Shown: positions 25,040 to 39,170 of the stretch, one piece after another | Numbering within the stretch: the first letter of the stretch is position 1 | How the letters are laid out: the number at the start of each line of letters is the position of its first letter | NCBI RefSeq assembly: GCF_006345805.1 | Contig: NC_042998.1 | Location: 64,976,001-65,040,000 of the forward strand | Direction of reading: 5' to 3' | Source of the DNA: Octopus sinensis | Taxonomy: Eukaryota | DNA length: 64,000 nt | Translations under genes and position numbers: made by a program | Notes under the pieces: model-generated | What the model was told of the DNA's origin: nothing | Databases searched by the model: none | The model's input: the letters and a program-made list of their open reading frames with translations, nothing else

Positions 25040-25590
25040 ATGACTCAATTGGCTGTGCCCGAAATTTGGAAACAACATGCCGTACTGCTTGGCATACGTG
25101 ACTGATGCTTCAATATGAATATTTCAGTGTTTGGGTGTCAATGTGAGGTCAGTGCAATGTGTGCACATGTACCGAGACTGATAAAAATACACCTAGTCAA
25201 GACAAAGGTGTTTGTAGTGATCACTAGTGATGATCATGTTATGGCTCCATTCATTTTCCCACATGGACTCAGGCTCAACACGGTGGAGCCCTACATGAAG
25301 TGCTTAGAGGAGGTTGTGTTGCGCTGGGTCAAGAAGGTTACTGCTGGAAGAACGTATGTCTGACAATAAGAGTCTGCAACATGGTGCACAAGTAGGAGAG
25401 TACAATCAAGGCTCTCAGACAATATCTACGACCACATCACCCCTAAGATCTGACCGCCTATCTCCCTAGACTACAACCCCTTGATTATTATTTGTGCTGG
25501 GGCAGTTGAACAGGATAACAAACAAAAAAAAAACCTTGTAACACCAAAGTTGAAATGAAGGCCAAGGATTTTGGCAGCAAATGAAACAAG
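25040..25590 (+). mobile_element. maT/Tc1-mariner-superfamily transposase relic
   Basis: VFVVITSDDHVMAPFIFPHGLRLNT...CLEEVVLRWVKKVTAGRTYV*Q*ES (QQDS-like) ... HITPKI*PPISLDYNPLDYY. Confidence 0.82.
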
Positions 25591-25608
25591 AATGACATCC
25601 AGAAGAGT

Positions 25609-26470
<862 letters not shown>

Positions 26471-26801
26471 TTTGATTTTAAATATTGTTCAATTCATATG
26501 CTATTATATGAAAATATTTAATTCTTATGGAGCATACATTATTGTATGTTCCTTAAATAATAACGTGAGTAGATAATAAGCCACCTCCTTAAAATTAATT
26601 TGGTGAGTATCCAGATGCTTATCGGACAATATATAATTCATTTCAATGTTTTTGACTACATTATTGTCAGTATTGCGCTCTTTTAAAAAATAATATTGAT
26701 AGTAAATTTACCGATGTTGTGTAATTATGTTTCTATCAATAACTTGCTTTATTTACGCGTCCAAAATATGAAAATATACGTATCAGACATTTATTTCATG
26801 A

Positions 26802-27338
26802 TAGATGAGTTTGAGTTGAAAATAATGCCATTTTGTTTAGGAGAGGTATAATTACCAACTTCATCAAAATGAAGCTGGCCCTCTCTGGATCACATCCCTA
26901 TGCATCAATCTAGTCAGTTTCTCACAATAGCAATGTTCGACCATCGAATCAGAGCATGTATCCCTGCTCCGTAAACGTCTGTTGACTGTACTTTGAGCTA
27001 CTTCTTCACTACAGTTTCCACTTCCTTGTCACTGGAATAATGTTTGCCTCTCAAACAATCTTTCATGGGGTCGAAGAGATGATAATACAGTGACGAGGAA
27101 GTGAAAACTCTAGTGAAGAAGTAGCTCAAAGAACAGTCAACAGAATTTTTACGGAGCAGGGATACATGCACTCATCCGAAGGTGGAACATTGCCATTGAG
27201 TGAAACGGTGACTACATTGAGAAGAAGAGATGTGATCCACAGAGGACCAGCTGCGTTTTGATGTATGATACATGTTCTTGTGTTGGTAATTATACCTGTC
27301 CTAAACAAAATGGCATTACGTTTTGACTCACCTTTGTA
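26802..27338. mobile_element. Palindromic mariner derivative: two inverted 3' ends with a 53-bp spacer
   Basis: 26802-27034 is the reverse complement of 27088-27338. It encodes the mariner C-terminus (YHLFDPMKDCLRGKHYSSDKEVETVVKK). TIR-like AATGGCATTACGTTTTGACTCACCTTTG|TA at the right end. Confidence 0.88.
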
Positions 27339-27379
27339 TTTATATAAAAATGTATTATAAAAGTTAATAAAACGGATTC

Positions 27380-27624
27380 TTTTATTCTAATATTTGTTTC
27401 AGTCATTTGACTGTGACCATTCTGGAGCAACGCATTTTGTTTTTGGTCAAAGAAATTGATCCCAGGATTTATTTTTTGTAAGCGTGGTACTTATTCTATC
27501 GGATCTCTTTTACTGCCTCGGTAAGTTACAAGGACGTAAAAATACCAACATCGGTGTGAAGCCATGACGGAGCAGGGGCAAACCCAGACACAAAGACACA
27601 TAAATACACACACACACACACGCA

Positions 27625-27680
<56 letters not shown>

Positions 27681-27800
27681 AATACGACCGGTTTCTTTTA
27701 GTTTCCATCTACCAAATACACTCACATTCCCAAGATACCACGCAGTAGGACTGAACCCGCAACCATCTATGCTTCTCGCCATACACTCACGCCTGCACCT
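27380..27800 (-). mobile_element. Main-family tRNA-SINE with expanded (CA)n and partly deleted head
   Basis: Colinear with 3219-3610. Confidence 0.82.
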
Positions 27801-27830
27801 ATAAAGATATTTTTCATATATTTTACATTT

Positions 27831-28058
27831 ATTTCTTTATTGACCACAAGTGACTAAGCATATAGAGTATAAACAAGGACAGACAAACGGATTAAGTCGA
27901 TTATATGGACCCCAGTGAGTAACTGGTACTTATTTCATCGACCTCGAAGGGACGAAAGGCAATGTCGATCTAGGCGGAATTTGAACTCAGAACGTAACGG
28001 CAAATGAAATACCGCTAAGAATTTAACCCGGCATGCTAACGTTTCTGCCAGCTCGCCT
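27831..28058 (-). mobile_element. Second-family tRNA-SINE with an AATAAAGAAAT-type tail
   Basis: Minus: GGCGAGCTGGCAGAAACGTTAGCATGCCGGG...GAGTTCAAATTCCGCC...TTCGTCCCTTCGAGGTCGATGAAATAAGTACCAG; the central part resembles a CORE-type domain. Confidence 0.85.
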
Positions 28059-29994
28059 ACCAAACCGTTATTGGAAACAAGGTTTCAGTAGTACCATCGT
28101 ACACACACACATAATCACTTTCATACCAACCGCCTAAACTTCTGTCTGGAATATGTAGAAACTCGAAACATGTCGGGAGAAAGGACATACAAAGAAAATT
28201 TTAATTCAACTGAGTCCAGTTTGTGCATTACTTGTCTCACGTTTTAAATTAGTTTGGTGTAGTTTCTACGTATAAAATGTATACAACTTAAATTTGATTG
28301 GCCAATTTACAACAATATTATTTATGCTGTCTTCTGTACCTGAAATTGCATAACTTGAGATTATTGAGAAATAGTTAGTATTCGTTCATGAGTTTTCTCC
28401 AAATAACATTCTAACGGCGATCCAAGCCATACCCTATACAGTTTAACATTCGCTCAGGTCTTTTACACATTCTTCGATCCTTACCATCTACCAAGCCATT
28501 CATTTTCCTCTTTAGGACTTTGTATGTTTTACATTTTCGAAGTTCTCGGGACACCTTATCGCGTATTGAATTTTCCTGGTTATTTTCAAAACACACATTT
28601 TACTTTTAAGCTGGGAGCCTGACATAGTTATCCCATTCGTTCATTTTGTATTTTATGCGTATATATAAAGCAATCAACAATAAAATAAAATTTCAATTCC
28701 CTTATTTTCTTGCTTCTGCAATATTTCAGCTGCCGCACTTTCGACTTTTCACATCTCTAATTTTAATCACATTTAGTAATCTTGGGAATTCCAAAATCTA
28801 GAGCTTTTCGAAAGAACTCTAATCTCTTATTGAATCTCCAAATTCTAATAGAATTTCGCCTGGCAGGGTGTATTTATTCTTACATGTACGCATGTTCACA
28901 AGTGCTCAGTGCGCAGGTGTTTATTTAGCTTATTCCACATTACAATATTCCATATGTCTTTTGCTCACATATACACGCAAATACAACAGTCCATACATGC
29001 ATTCACACCATCCATTTAACAAATCCCTGACATTTCGTCGGACCCCACTTAGCGTAACAACCAACCTAAAATATTTTCAGCCATTTCTTTCATCAATTCA
29101 AACTTGTCCTGCTCATATTTACTTTCACACGTCAACCAGCCTACACGACATCAATCAATCTCCACAAAAACCACCTCTGTATGAGAATAAATATAGACAC
29201 GTTATACTTCCTTCTTACTCCGCTACAGAGTAACATTCCCCACTGGTTTCCAAGTACCGTCGTTCACAATGAAATACAAAATATTTTTTCATTTTATTAC
29301 ATTTTTAACGCACGCACACACACACACAAACAAGCACATACACAGAATCCTAACATATAAAGTTAAATATAATTTATCTAGTTAGATATTTAAATTCTTC
29401 GGTCAGAAACATAAGTCTGAATTTATTCCCTGCTCTTCTACTCTGTTGTTGCACGTTGTTTTTGAAGGAATTCTGAGGTGAATGATGTATAAACATAGAA
29501 CTAAGTGCGTATGTGTTTTACTTTGTTGTTTTCGGTACGTATTGCAGTTTTATGTTTATGCATTTAATTAGTGACATTACGGACGGGCTACGGATGATTA
29601 AATAGTCAATTAATTATATGAATAATTAATTTATTTGGTCAGTAATAGCGAAACTTTAAGGTTTACTGTATGTTATTCAGTCAAAATATTTTGCTCGTGT
29701 ACAATCAACGTACATCAACGTGCTTTAAGGTAAGAATATTCTTTCGTGGCTTTAGGCTTTGACAGCCATTCTTATCATGTAAGAAATTCGCATAGTGCTT
29801 TTCTCTTCGTGTATGTTTCGTACACTATTATATTTAAAATTATTTATGTCTTCTGGCTCTTATTACGCATACTAGCCACTGGTAAATAATTATTTTATAA
29901 CTTTTAGTCTTATATATATATATATATATACATAACATACAAAAAATAGGACAAAGATAAAAGCTTCTTCTCCAGTTATATAAACTCACACAGC

Positions 29995-30199
29995 CAGTTT
30001 CCTTGATTCCCTGGCGTATATACTACCCGTAGAAGGAACGTAGGCCCGTTGTAGGTTTACTCAATTTTGCTATCTGGCAGAAATAAAGTGATTCGTTCAG
30101 GAGCCATGCAGAAATAAAGTGATTCGTTCAAGAGCCCAGCAATCGAAACCCAATATTACGATTGTGAGTCCACCACGTCTAACCACTAAGCCATCCGCC
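29995..30199 (-). mobile_element. tRNA-derived SINE of another family, with a 31-bp tandem duplication
   Basis: Minus head GGCGGATGGCTTAGTGGTTAGA...GGTTTCGATTG; duplication at 30077-30107 / 30108-30138. Confidence 0.62.
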
Positions 30200-31751
30200 A
30201 ACAGAATGTAACTAAATATTGGTGTGGATATATGTATGTAAATTTGAACTGGATATTACTAATGAAGAAAAGTTCACGGTACAGGAAATAAATATACTTG
30301 TATCTAATATTAATATGCCTCCGAATTTGATTAAAAATATGATTTAATATAATTATTTTGCAAGAGCATAAACTCATAACGCAGGAAGAATTACGGATAA
30401 TCGCCATCTTTTCCTAATTGGATGTATTTCACTATCGAACATGATTTGTAGCCGGGTAGTGTTTTCTTTTGTTTAGTCTTAAACGGAGTGAACTTTGACA
30501 ACAATGTTTTGCACTTTCCTCGCGTGATCGAATCAAATATTTGGACACAAATCGAAAAGCAGTTCTTGTAGAATAACGTGAATAGTCCTGATATATTGGA
30601 TCTTGTGCCAGCTTGTTTTAGCGTTTTCTTTTTACTTCATATATTTTTCATACAGTTTGATGCCGGTGGATATACATCTCTCATTATAAGCCTTTATCAT
30701 TGCACATGATCAACTGTTGTTTGCTGCTAGCACATCAACACGCCACCGTCGTCACAGTTATATCATTCGATAAGCTGTTTATGAGAGTGTTTTCGCCACT
30801 CCTTTCGAAAACCCTCCATATTTCAGCTCAATTACGCACGGTCCTACGTCTTAGGAGATTAATCTTCATCATATTGATTATGTCTTTCACACACGATAGC
30901 AATCCCAGGTTGTTAGATATATTACTCTCCATATCCCAAATAATTTTTACAGCGAGGAATATATTTTGAGCAGTGTTCATAAGCTGTGTCTCACACGCTT
31001 TCATAAATTGACTATGATGAAAACTAAAGGTACTGTTAGGCAGATTTTTCTTAGATTCCCGTAAGACACATATCATAATGGTTCAATCCATTCAAATAGG
31101 AAATACACTCTGGCTTTCAGGGATATCTCATTGAAATGCAATCTGAGAATTTTACTTTCTCTAGTATTTCGTCCCGAATATTAAAACAAAAGACACCGCC
31201 GTCGTTTCCACAGTACTTTCATTCGTACGATAACTAGCTGGCTTTTCTTCAATTGGTCATGTAGGTTACTGTATTATCAGTATTGTAAAAAAATATGGTG
31301 AAATCTATGAAATAATTACTTCTTATAACATTTATAAAAGTCCAAAGTGATGCTCTAAAACTCAGAAAACTTCCCTGTTTTTTTCTCTCTAAATCTGTCG
31401 CTCATAATTAGAAGAGGCAACTAGTCATAGCAGAGAACGTCACGTACAAAATTTCCAGAACAGACTAGCAAATTCTAGCTTCATAGACATATCATTTCTA
31501 CCATTACATTTTCGTAACAAAGATTTTACTCTTTCTGTTCACGAACGCATGATTGACCTGTGATAATTTGTTCATGCGAATTGATATAAAATAAAGTTCA
31601 AGCATACACACATCACCCTGCGAAATAAAATGCATGTAACAGCTAAAGGAGATTGAATTGCATCTAATTTACCCGGCGATGAAAGCAAACCGTATTTGAA
31701 ATCAAGCATTTTGTGCCGCGTAAGAGATATTTATAGACCTAACAGGTATAT

Positions 31752-32684
31752 TCATGTATATATGTATGTATGTATGTATGAATGAATGCATGTATGAAGT
31801 AATGTATGTATCAATGAATGTACGTATGAATGTATGTATATAGTAATGTATATATATATATATATATATATATATGAATATATGTATAAATGTATACACA
31901 TGTTTGTATGTATATATACACACAATACGTATATATATATGTTTGTTTGCGTGCATGTTTGTGCGCACGCTTGTGCTACGTGTATATATAAAAATATGTG
32001 CATAGAGAGATAGAAAGGTAAAGATATATATATGTGTGTATTTGCTTGTGTATGCTCGCACGCTTGTATATATTTTGTATACACATGAGTGTGACATTTA
32101 CTAATTTATACAAAATTGTGAAAGACATGAAAATATAATGGGCAGCTAAATTGATGGACATATAACACCCATAAAATATTGCATTCTCATTAACAATGAA
32201 ACTAGTTTCTCTAAAAATGTTTCTCTGTCATGTAAGAAATAGCATTTTTCCAGTTCACCTATTAAATTATTGAAGTTCAATTCCTGTAATGACATCTCTT
32301 GGGTGTGATAAAAAAGAAAACAAACCGTAGCAATGAACGCCATGATGTATAGAAGAACAAGCTGGAAACAATATTGCAAAGTATATGTTCACTCTTCTAT
32401 GGCTACTTGCTTCTTTATGGTGTGTTGAGCAGAAATGTGCGTCGTTATTGTTTGTTAGTTGTTGCCTACGTATTTTTAAATATAATTTTGAGGATTCTTT
32501 TGGTTTAGCAGTTATTTGTATCCTCACCGACATTACTATTAATTATAAATAAAATTAACACTGTTTTCACATGTAAATTTCTTTTAAACATATACATACA
32601 TTCATGCACTAATGTATGTGTCAATGCATAGATACTTACGTTTCAATGCATACATATATGTGTGTGTATGTGTGAGTATATGTA

Positions 32685-32733
<49 letters not shown>

Positions 32734-32880
32734 TTATTTATATTTATAGTTATGTACATATATACATATGTATATATATATGTGTATATATATGTATATA
32801 TATATATATATATACATGTTCATATATATATATATATACACATATGCGCACACAGTCACACAAGCATACACACACACAAT
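31752..32880. repeat. Microsatellite blocks (31752-32090; 32650-32880)
   Basis: Seen directly. Confidence 0.88.
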
Positions 32881-33639
32881 CTCACATTTCCTTGACATTA
32901 TAGTTTTACATATCTTCATTTCTTAAAGTGATTAAAACGATCAAATTATATTAAACACCTTTTAGGAAATTATTTATTACAGTTCTAAAATGTAATTGGT
33001 GGCAGCAAGAAATTTTCTTCGTGAAAATACCGTTTGTGAATTGGAACTTTGAAACGAATTAGCTTCACACATTTCCAGAAGAATAAGTGCTACTTAGTGG
33101 AAGCAAGTACTTTACTAAGAAGTATAATTTTCTTTTCTGTTAGACAAACAGAATATTGTTTTCATAGTGATCTTGCCTCACTGAGTTTTCATTTGGTGAA
33201 TGTTATGCTTTCTGATGTACCATTCACAGAGATTATGTTTAATGGTCTTCCGTCTGAAGGCGTTATGGACGAACAATGCACATACATTAGAGAACGTACA
33301 TTTATGACTGGACTGGTAGGGTTTAAACGTGTGAGATTACTGGAATTTAAAATTTGCTTTCTCACAAAATATCTCTCTTTAGTGGAAATAAATTTACACC
33401 GTAGACAATATTAAATTAATGTTTAGAGTTTCCTTTCACATGTGTAAAACGAAGAACCTAATTTTTGCGAAAGCATGTGTTAAACAAATACTAGATAAAG
33501 GTAACAGCCGAGCTATTGTATGTTATCTTAATTATTTATGCAATGGACGATAGAATATCAATTCTATCATAAATTCGGTCCATTAGTTTCTGATGATACG
33601 CTTAGATACGTTTCGGCCAAAAATTGGTCCATGTTTCAT

Positions 33640-36600
33640 TAACACTTTTTGCCGTAACTATCTTCAAGAATCTACTATGCAAAGTCTTCAGCTGCCACCT
33701 GTCACCTGCCACCTGCGTCTCATAACTTTTGTTATTCTTAAAAAATTCGTTTGGTTCTTTGCTTTCCCTATGTTTTGCTGTGATTATCTACATAGAAGAC
33801 TATATCAACTCTAACTCCACGCAGTCTTCTACTTATATTAACCCTCGGATATTTTCCTTTTGAACGGCACTTTGTAACATAATTTCTAGGTAACTAAAGA
33901 GTACTAGTAGAATGTGTTTATAAAACATCATTTTTTCTTGGCTTTATTGAGAAAAGTCTATATGTTGTAACATATATCGTCTTTAATTTCGAGCATTTCG
34001 CCAATTTTAACCAAACGCTGACTTCCATTTAGGTAAATAACATTCTGTGCATAATGAATATGTCACTCCTTTAAGAAACAGATTGGGTTTATTTACATTT
34101 GTGAAGACAAAAGATACCCACCCCTAACCCTAACCCTAACCCTAACTCTAACCCTAAATCTGAAATTGATTGAAATGTAATAGATCGATACTAGGGACAT
34201 AATTATGGGTGACATTTTCATTTGACCCCGCTAGAAAAACATCCCATTTTCCGTAGCGGTGTCGTACGAAATTGTCACCCATAATTATAACCCTAGTATC
34301 GATCTATTGCATTTCAATCTATTTTAGATTTAGGGTTAGTTAGGGTTAGAGTTAGGGTTAGGGGTGGGGGAAGGGTATCTTTTTTCTTCACAAATGTAAA
34401 TAAACCCAATCTGTTTCTTAAAGGAGTGACATATTCATTATGCACAGAATGTTATTTACCTAAATGGACGTCAGCGATTGGTTAAAATTGGTGAAATGCT
34501 CGAAATTAAAGACGAAATACCACACAACCTATAGAATTTTCTCAATAAATTCAAGAGAAAATGATGTTTTATAAACATATTCGACCAGTATACGAAGTTT
34601 AAAACTTTTTAATTACCTAGAAATTATGTTACAAATTGCCGTTCAAAAGGAAAAGATTCTAACCTTCTTCCACCTTCCTTTCTTGGTAAGTATAACCTTG
34701 CTATTCCTAGCTTTGAGTAGAATCTTCCATTCCTATTAAATTCTTTCTTAGTTCTACTGTCTAGCTTTACTAAAATTCAACTCTTGACAGATCTACAGAA
34801 GTTGCTGAGTATCTAAGTAATGATACTGTCCAAGTATTTACAGCCTTCACTAGATTCGGCCCATTTAGCTTTGAATTCATTAGCTTCCTCACACTTCTAA
34901 TGTATTTCTCAATTTTAGTTTTTATTTCTATAGTTATTACTCTGTGAGATTCTAAAATATCTAGATCGTTGTAACTCTATCCTCCTTTGAATGATTTTAA
35001 GGTCTGGCCACCTGGTGATTTGATGTTTTCACAGTTGATTTCCTGTCCCCTTCTCATGACTAATATTGCACACTTATCTATGCCACATTCTATGCCAAAG
35101 TCTTTGTTCAAGAGAGTTTTACTGTCTGTATTAAGGAATCTATCTCTTATTCATTCGTAGTAAAAAACTTCAGATCTTCCAGGTAGTGCAAATTGTTAAT
35201 TTTCCCAATACTGTTTCTGAACTGATACCCTGCCTTTGCCTTCCTTAATACTAAGCTGAGGTGGATCAAACATAAGACAAATATTAAAGGGGATAACAAG
35301 TCTCCTTGGAAAATTCCTCTCTTGATATTAACTTTCTCTAAGACAGTGTCATCTAAGTAGAGATCTATTTTCCATTTCATCGTGCTAAAGCTAATTAACT
35401 CTTTTTGTATACTGAATATACTCAGGCATTCACTTATCCATGAATATGGGATCATGTCATAGGATTTCTTATAATCTATCCCTGCTATCACTAGATTTTT
35501 TCCTTCTAGCCTCTACTTTATGTAGAGCTGTTCTGTGAACGTATAATAGATCATGCGATTCTCTAGCCTTCTTCCTGCAACCCTTCTGTTCTCCTGGCAG
35601 TAAATTATGTTCGTTAAGGTTGTAACTTCTAGTTGTAAATGCATTCCGAAAGCCTCCTTCTTATCACACGAATAGTAAGCAAGTGATTGGTCTATAGTTG
35701 CTAGCTGTATTACCATTGCGCATACCTTGCATGAGTATTGTCTTCCCGCTAGTCATCCAATCTGATGTTATTCCTCCATCAAGGCAATCCTGAAGATGTT
35801 CTCTCAGCCTCCCATGTAAACTACTGAATCTCTTTAGCTAGTACCCTTTAACTAAATCTAGTCTTGGGCCCTTCCAATTCAGCATTTTCCTTAAAACTTT
35901 ACTCATCACTGTACTCGTTAATCTTAAATCTGGCTGCGTCTCACTCACTACTTCTTCCTTCAATATCTTTAACTATATTGCATCTACAATATAATTGACT
36001 GGTTTATCCCAAATATTACTCCAAACTGTTTAGTTTCCTCTGCATTAAGTTTCCCATCTTCAGTACTTCGTTCTCCACTATTTATTTTGTTATAAAATTC
36101 GTTCTGGTCTGTTGATGTCTTTTATTGATGACAATATTGTTCTTACTTCTTTACACATCCCTTCCCGCAACTCATCTAAAGTCTTCTGAACATCTTCACT
36201 TAAATCACTTAAGTCGTCGGTGCCACTTGTCCCTTCCTTATTTATAGCGTTATTATTATTTGTTCCCTTTAGATACTTCTTTAGTTCGAGATGTATTTCT
36301 TATGTTGCTGTTTGTCTTTCCTACTGACAGATCTTACTTTTGAAGTTCTCTTGTGATCTCTTCTACCTGCAATTCTCTCATCCACTTTCTTCTAATAGCA
36401 TTGGCTTCATCAACTAATCTCTCTTCAGCCACTTTAAACATACCTTTCTCTACCCATTCGTTTTCTATAACCCCTTCTTTTAGGTTCACTATCTAAATAA
36501 CACTGTATCAATATCCTGCTTTCTAGTCTGGTCCCCTTTCTAATCCTTACTGTATTATCTCCTGATGCTGTGTTAGAATGATAGCTGTGATCTGTCTGCA

Positions 36601-36710
36601 TCTTTACTGATCCACTGCCGACAGAGAGGACTTCCTATAAAGGTCCAGCTTCATTTTCGCTGTTACAACCAGAGTTTTCGAAACTCCTGTCTCTCATAAA
36701 CTGAGGTAAG
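33640..36710 (-). mobile_element. R4/Dong-clade retrotransposon relic interrupted by a fold-back element
   Basis: GNTASNYRPITCL (~35675-35715), GIDYKKSYDMIPYSWI...IFQGDLLSPLIFVLC...INNLHYLEDLK (ORF 35147-35491), LNGPNLVKAVNTW, and KGGRGLI*VEDCVEL split across the insertion. Outer boundaries approximate. Confidence 0.87.
33847..34659. mobile_element. 813-bp fold-back non-autonomous DNA element with internal telomeric repeats and an 8-bp TSD
   Basis: Arms of about 400 bp are reverse complements almost to the centre (~34240-34246). (CCCTAA)n at 34122-34157 and (TTAGGG)n-like at 34330-34364. Flanks TAACCCTC (33839-33846) / TAACCTTC (34660-34667). Confidence 0.92.
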
Positions 36711-36726
36711 TTATATTATTGTAGTC

Positions 36727-36727
<1 letters not shown>

Positions 36728-36797
<70 letters not shown>

Positions 36798-38150
36798 AGA
36801 TTATTTTGCTGGGTATGATAGAAATTGTCGGTTGCCCACAACCAGCAGTCTAAGGTGACATTTCTTGGTCATGCTTCAAGAACCCTGAGAAAATTTGTCG
36901 CACTTCCAAGCACTGCTGATTTTCGTAGGTGTTCACACTTGCACAAACCATCTTTTACCAGCCATTTTGGTAGTTGAGTGTTGATACCTCTAAGCGCACC
37001 AATTACTACTGGCATGACGTCTACTCTCTTCATTGACTAGATCCTCCGTATACGCCTCTTCAATTCGTCATAATAGTTTATTTTTCTTCTTTCCCATTGT
37101 CGATTATCATGCATGTTATTTCTTTTTTATTCACCACAAAAATGCCCGGTTGGGAGATAGCACTGAATCATTTCATCCTACAGGAGTTTGCAATTCTCAT
37201 TCTCGGTGACTTCTTCTGCAGTTCTTCATACCTAGCGATTGTTCTTTGTAGGTCATGCAAACTGGCCTTACATTTTCTTACCCTTCCATGCTTTAGTTAC
37301 ATAATTTTCAGGTTTGATGACGTTTGATTTCTTCATGTCTTTCATCCACGCCATTTTCTATATATCACCCTAAACCACTTTCCTCTGCTTCAATACAGTC
37401 CAAGTAACTCATTAGACCTCTCGCAACCCTTTCTTCTGGTCAAGTATTGTTAAGTTAGAAGTTTCCGTGTACTGTCAACATTTTTCTGGTCGCGGTATAC
37501 ATTTTCTTCATCTCTCTGTTTTGCCATTTTATAATTGCCGTTCTGTACCGAAGTGATGCGATCGCCTACGTATTAACTGCTTGGATTGTATTCCATCCAG
37601 TCAATTTTTAGCCCACAACCAACCTCCGTCTCTGAAAATGCTCCATCCTCAATTGCTCGTTCATTTCCTTTTCCATTATCTCGTCGAACGCTAATTCACC
37701 AAGGTATTTTTATCCTTTCATTTCAATTTGTTTAATCATGTCTATTCGGTAATTCTTTCTCTACTAGCGATTGTACCTGGTCCATTTTAAGTAGATTATG
37801 CAGCACATCTTGTAACCAAATTCCCTTCTAATATAAGTAATAAAATACTATACCCTCTTAACCACGGAACTTACTTTTGTCTCATGTTTGCCAGATCAAA
37901 TCATCCATGAAGAGGAGGTGGTTGATTGTTGGGGATTTTCCTTTTATTCGGTATCCCAGGTTCATTTTTCTAAGTACCAAGGCCAGGGGCTTCATGCCGT
38001 GAATAAAATGCAACAAAGATAGGCCATTACCATGGAAAGTCCCTCTTCTGATACCCAGATTGCCCAAGCTTTTTCCGTAAAATGTCAGTTCAGTTTTCCA
38101 TCCCACCATATATCTCTTCAGGAGACACATTACATAGCTTGCAGGAATTC
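36728..38150 (-). mobile_element. R4/Dong-clade relic, 3' portion with (AAT)n tail
   Basis: INHLLFMDDL (~37890-37930); endonuclease region VDVMPVVIGALRG...LRKSAVLGSATNFLRVLEA*; (TTA)n at 36728-36796 is the tail. Confidence 0.87.
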
Positions 38151-38600
38151 TAAGAATAGATCGTATAGTGACTTGTGGCCTGAGTGAAGTGTTCAAATAG
38201 GTTCACCTTCTCTTCGACCTCAGGTCACTACATCTGGATATAGTAAGCAGATGTCTAAACAAATAAAACCAGAAGAAATACCGCAGATGGTCTTGTCTCT
38301 CACTCTATGACTCTACCAAATTCCATTAATACCCCTATTAATTAACAATTAAATATACTGAAATACGAGTAAATAAACTTCCTGATGCTTCACAATTTTA
38401 TTTATTGCTTTCAGTCCATTACAAAGATTAACCACACCGGAATAAGTTTCTTTCATATCATTACAGAAGTAAAACAGTTTTGATAATATCACTCTTTAAA
38501 ATGGCTTTTAAAAAGTAAATCACTTTCAAGTAATTTATTTATTTATTTAGTTTTCGCTCAGATTGTGTTAACACACATACCAGCTAGAGTAACATAGACA

Positions 38601-38605
<5 letters not shown>

Positions 38606-38670
<65 letters not shown>

Positions 38671-38691
38671 ACTACTACTACTACTACTACT
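38606..38691. repeat. (ACT)n(GCT)n(ACT)n
   Basis: Seen directly. Confidence 0.95.
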
Positions 38692-38938
38692 AAAAAGTGA
38701 CAATTTCCTTTATTGGTCACAAGGGCCCAAGAAATGGAGAGTAATATCAAAGGACGTGATGTAACACACAAAAACAGGTGGGGTTTACATCAATAAAGTG
38801 GGTGACACTACAATAATAAGAGATAAAACGAAAAGATATATAAATAAAAATTAGGAAAATAAATAATCAATAGATAGAATCCCAAATATTGGAGAAACCC
38901 ACTAAAGGTAGTTCGGGGGTAGGCCTCACACAAATTCA

Positions 38939-39091
38939 CATTATTTACATTTGACGGATATTTATCTTCATTTTGATCTTTGATTACACAACGTTTCGGC
39001 TGATATGCCCTCCAGCATTCATCAGGTGTGTTGTGGAAATATCGAACCTGTATTCTCATTTCTAAGGTATTTTTCGATGTTGTTGTTGTTG

Positions 39092-39170
<79 letters not shown>

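Noticed and set aside
30480-31080. Possible piggyBac transposase relic on minus (TVRN, FVSKYLIRSR)
   Set aside because: Only vague motif echoes, with no catalytic motif or TTAA termini; needs tBLASTn.
33595-33640. Minus GGACC-AAUUUUU-GGCC-GAAACGUA
   Set aside because: No CUGANGA adjacent to the stem.
34122-34364. Telomere fusion scar
   Set aside because: The orientation is CCCTAA then TTAGGG (opposite to a fusion), and the repeats lie within a TSD-flanked element.
36675-36712. Minus UUUAUGA-GAGAC-AGGA-GUUUC-GAAA near the R4 5' region
   Set aside because: Two core mismatches, and no stem III or cleavage triplet.
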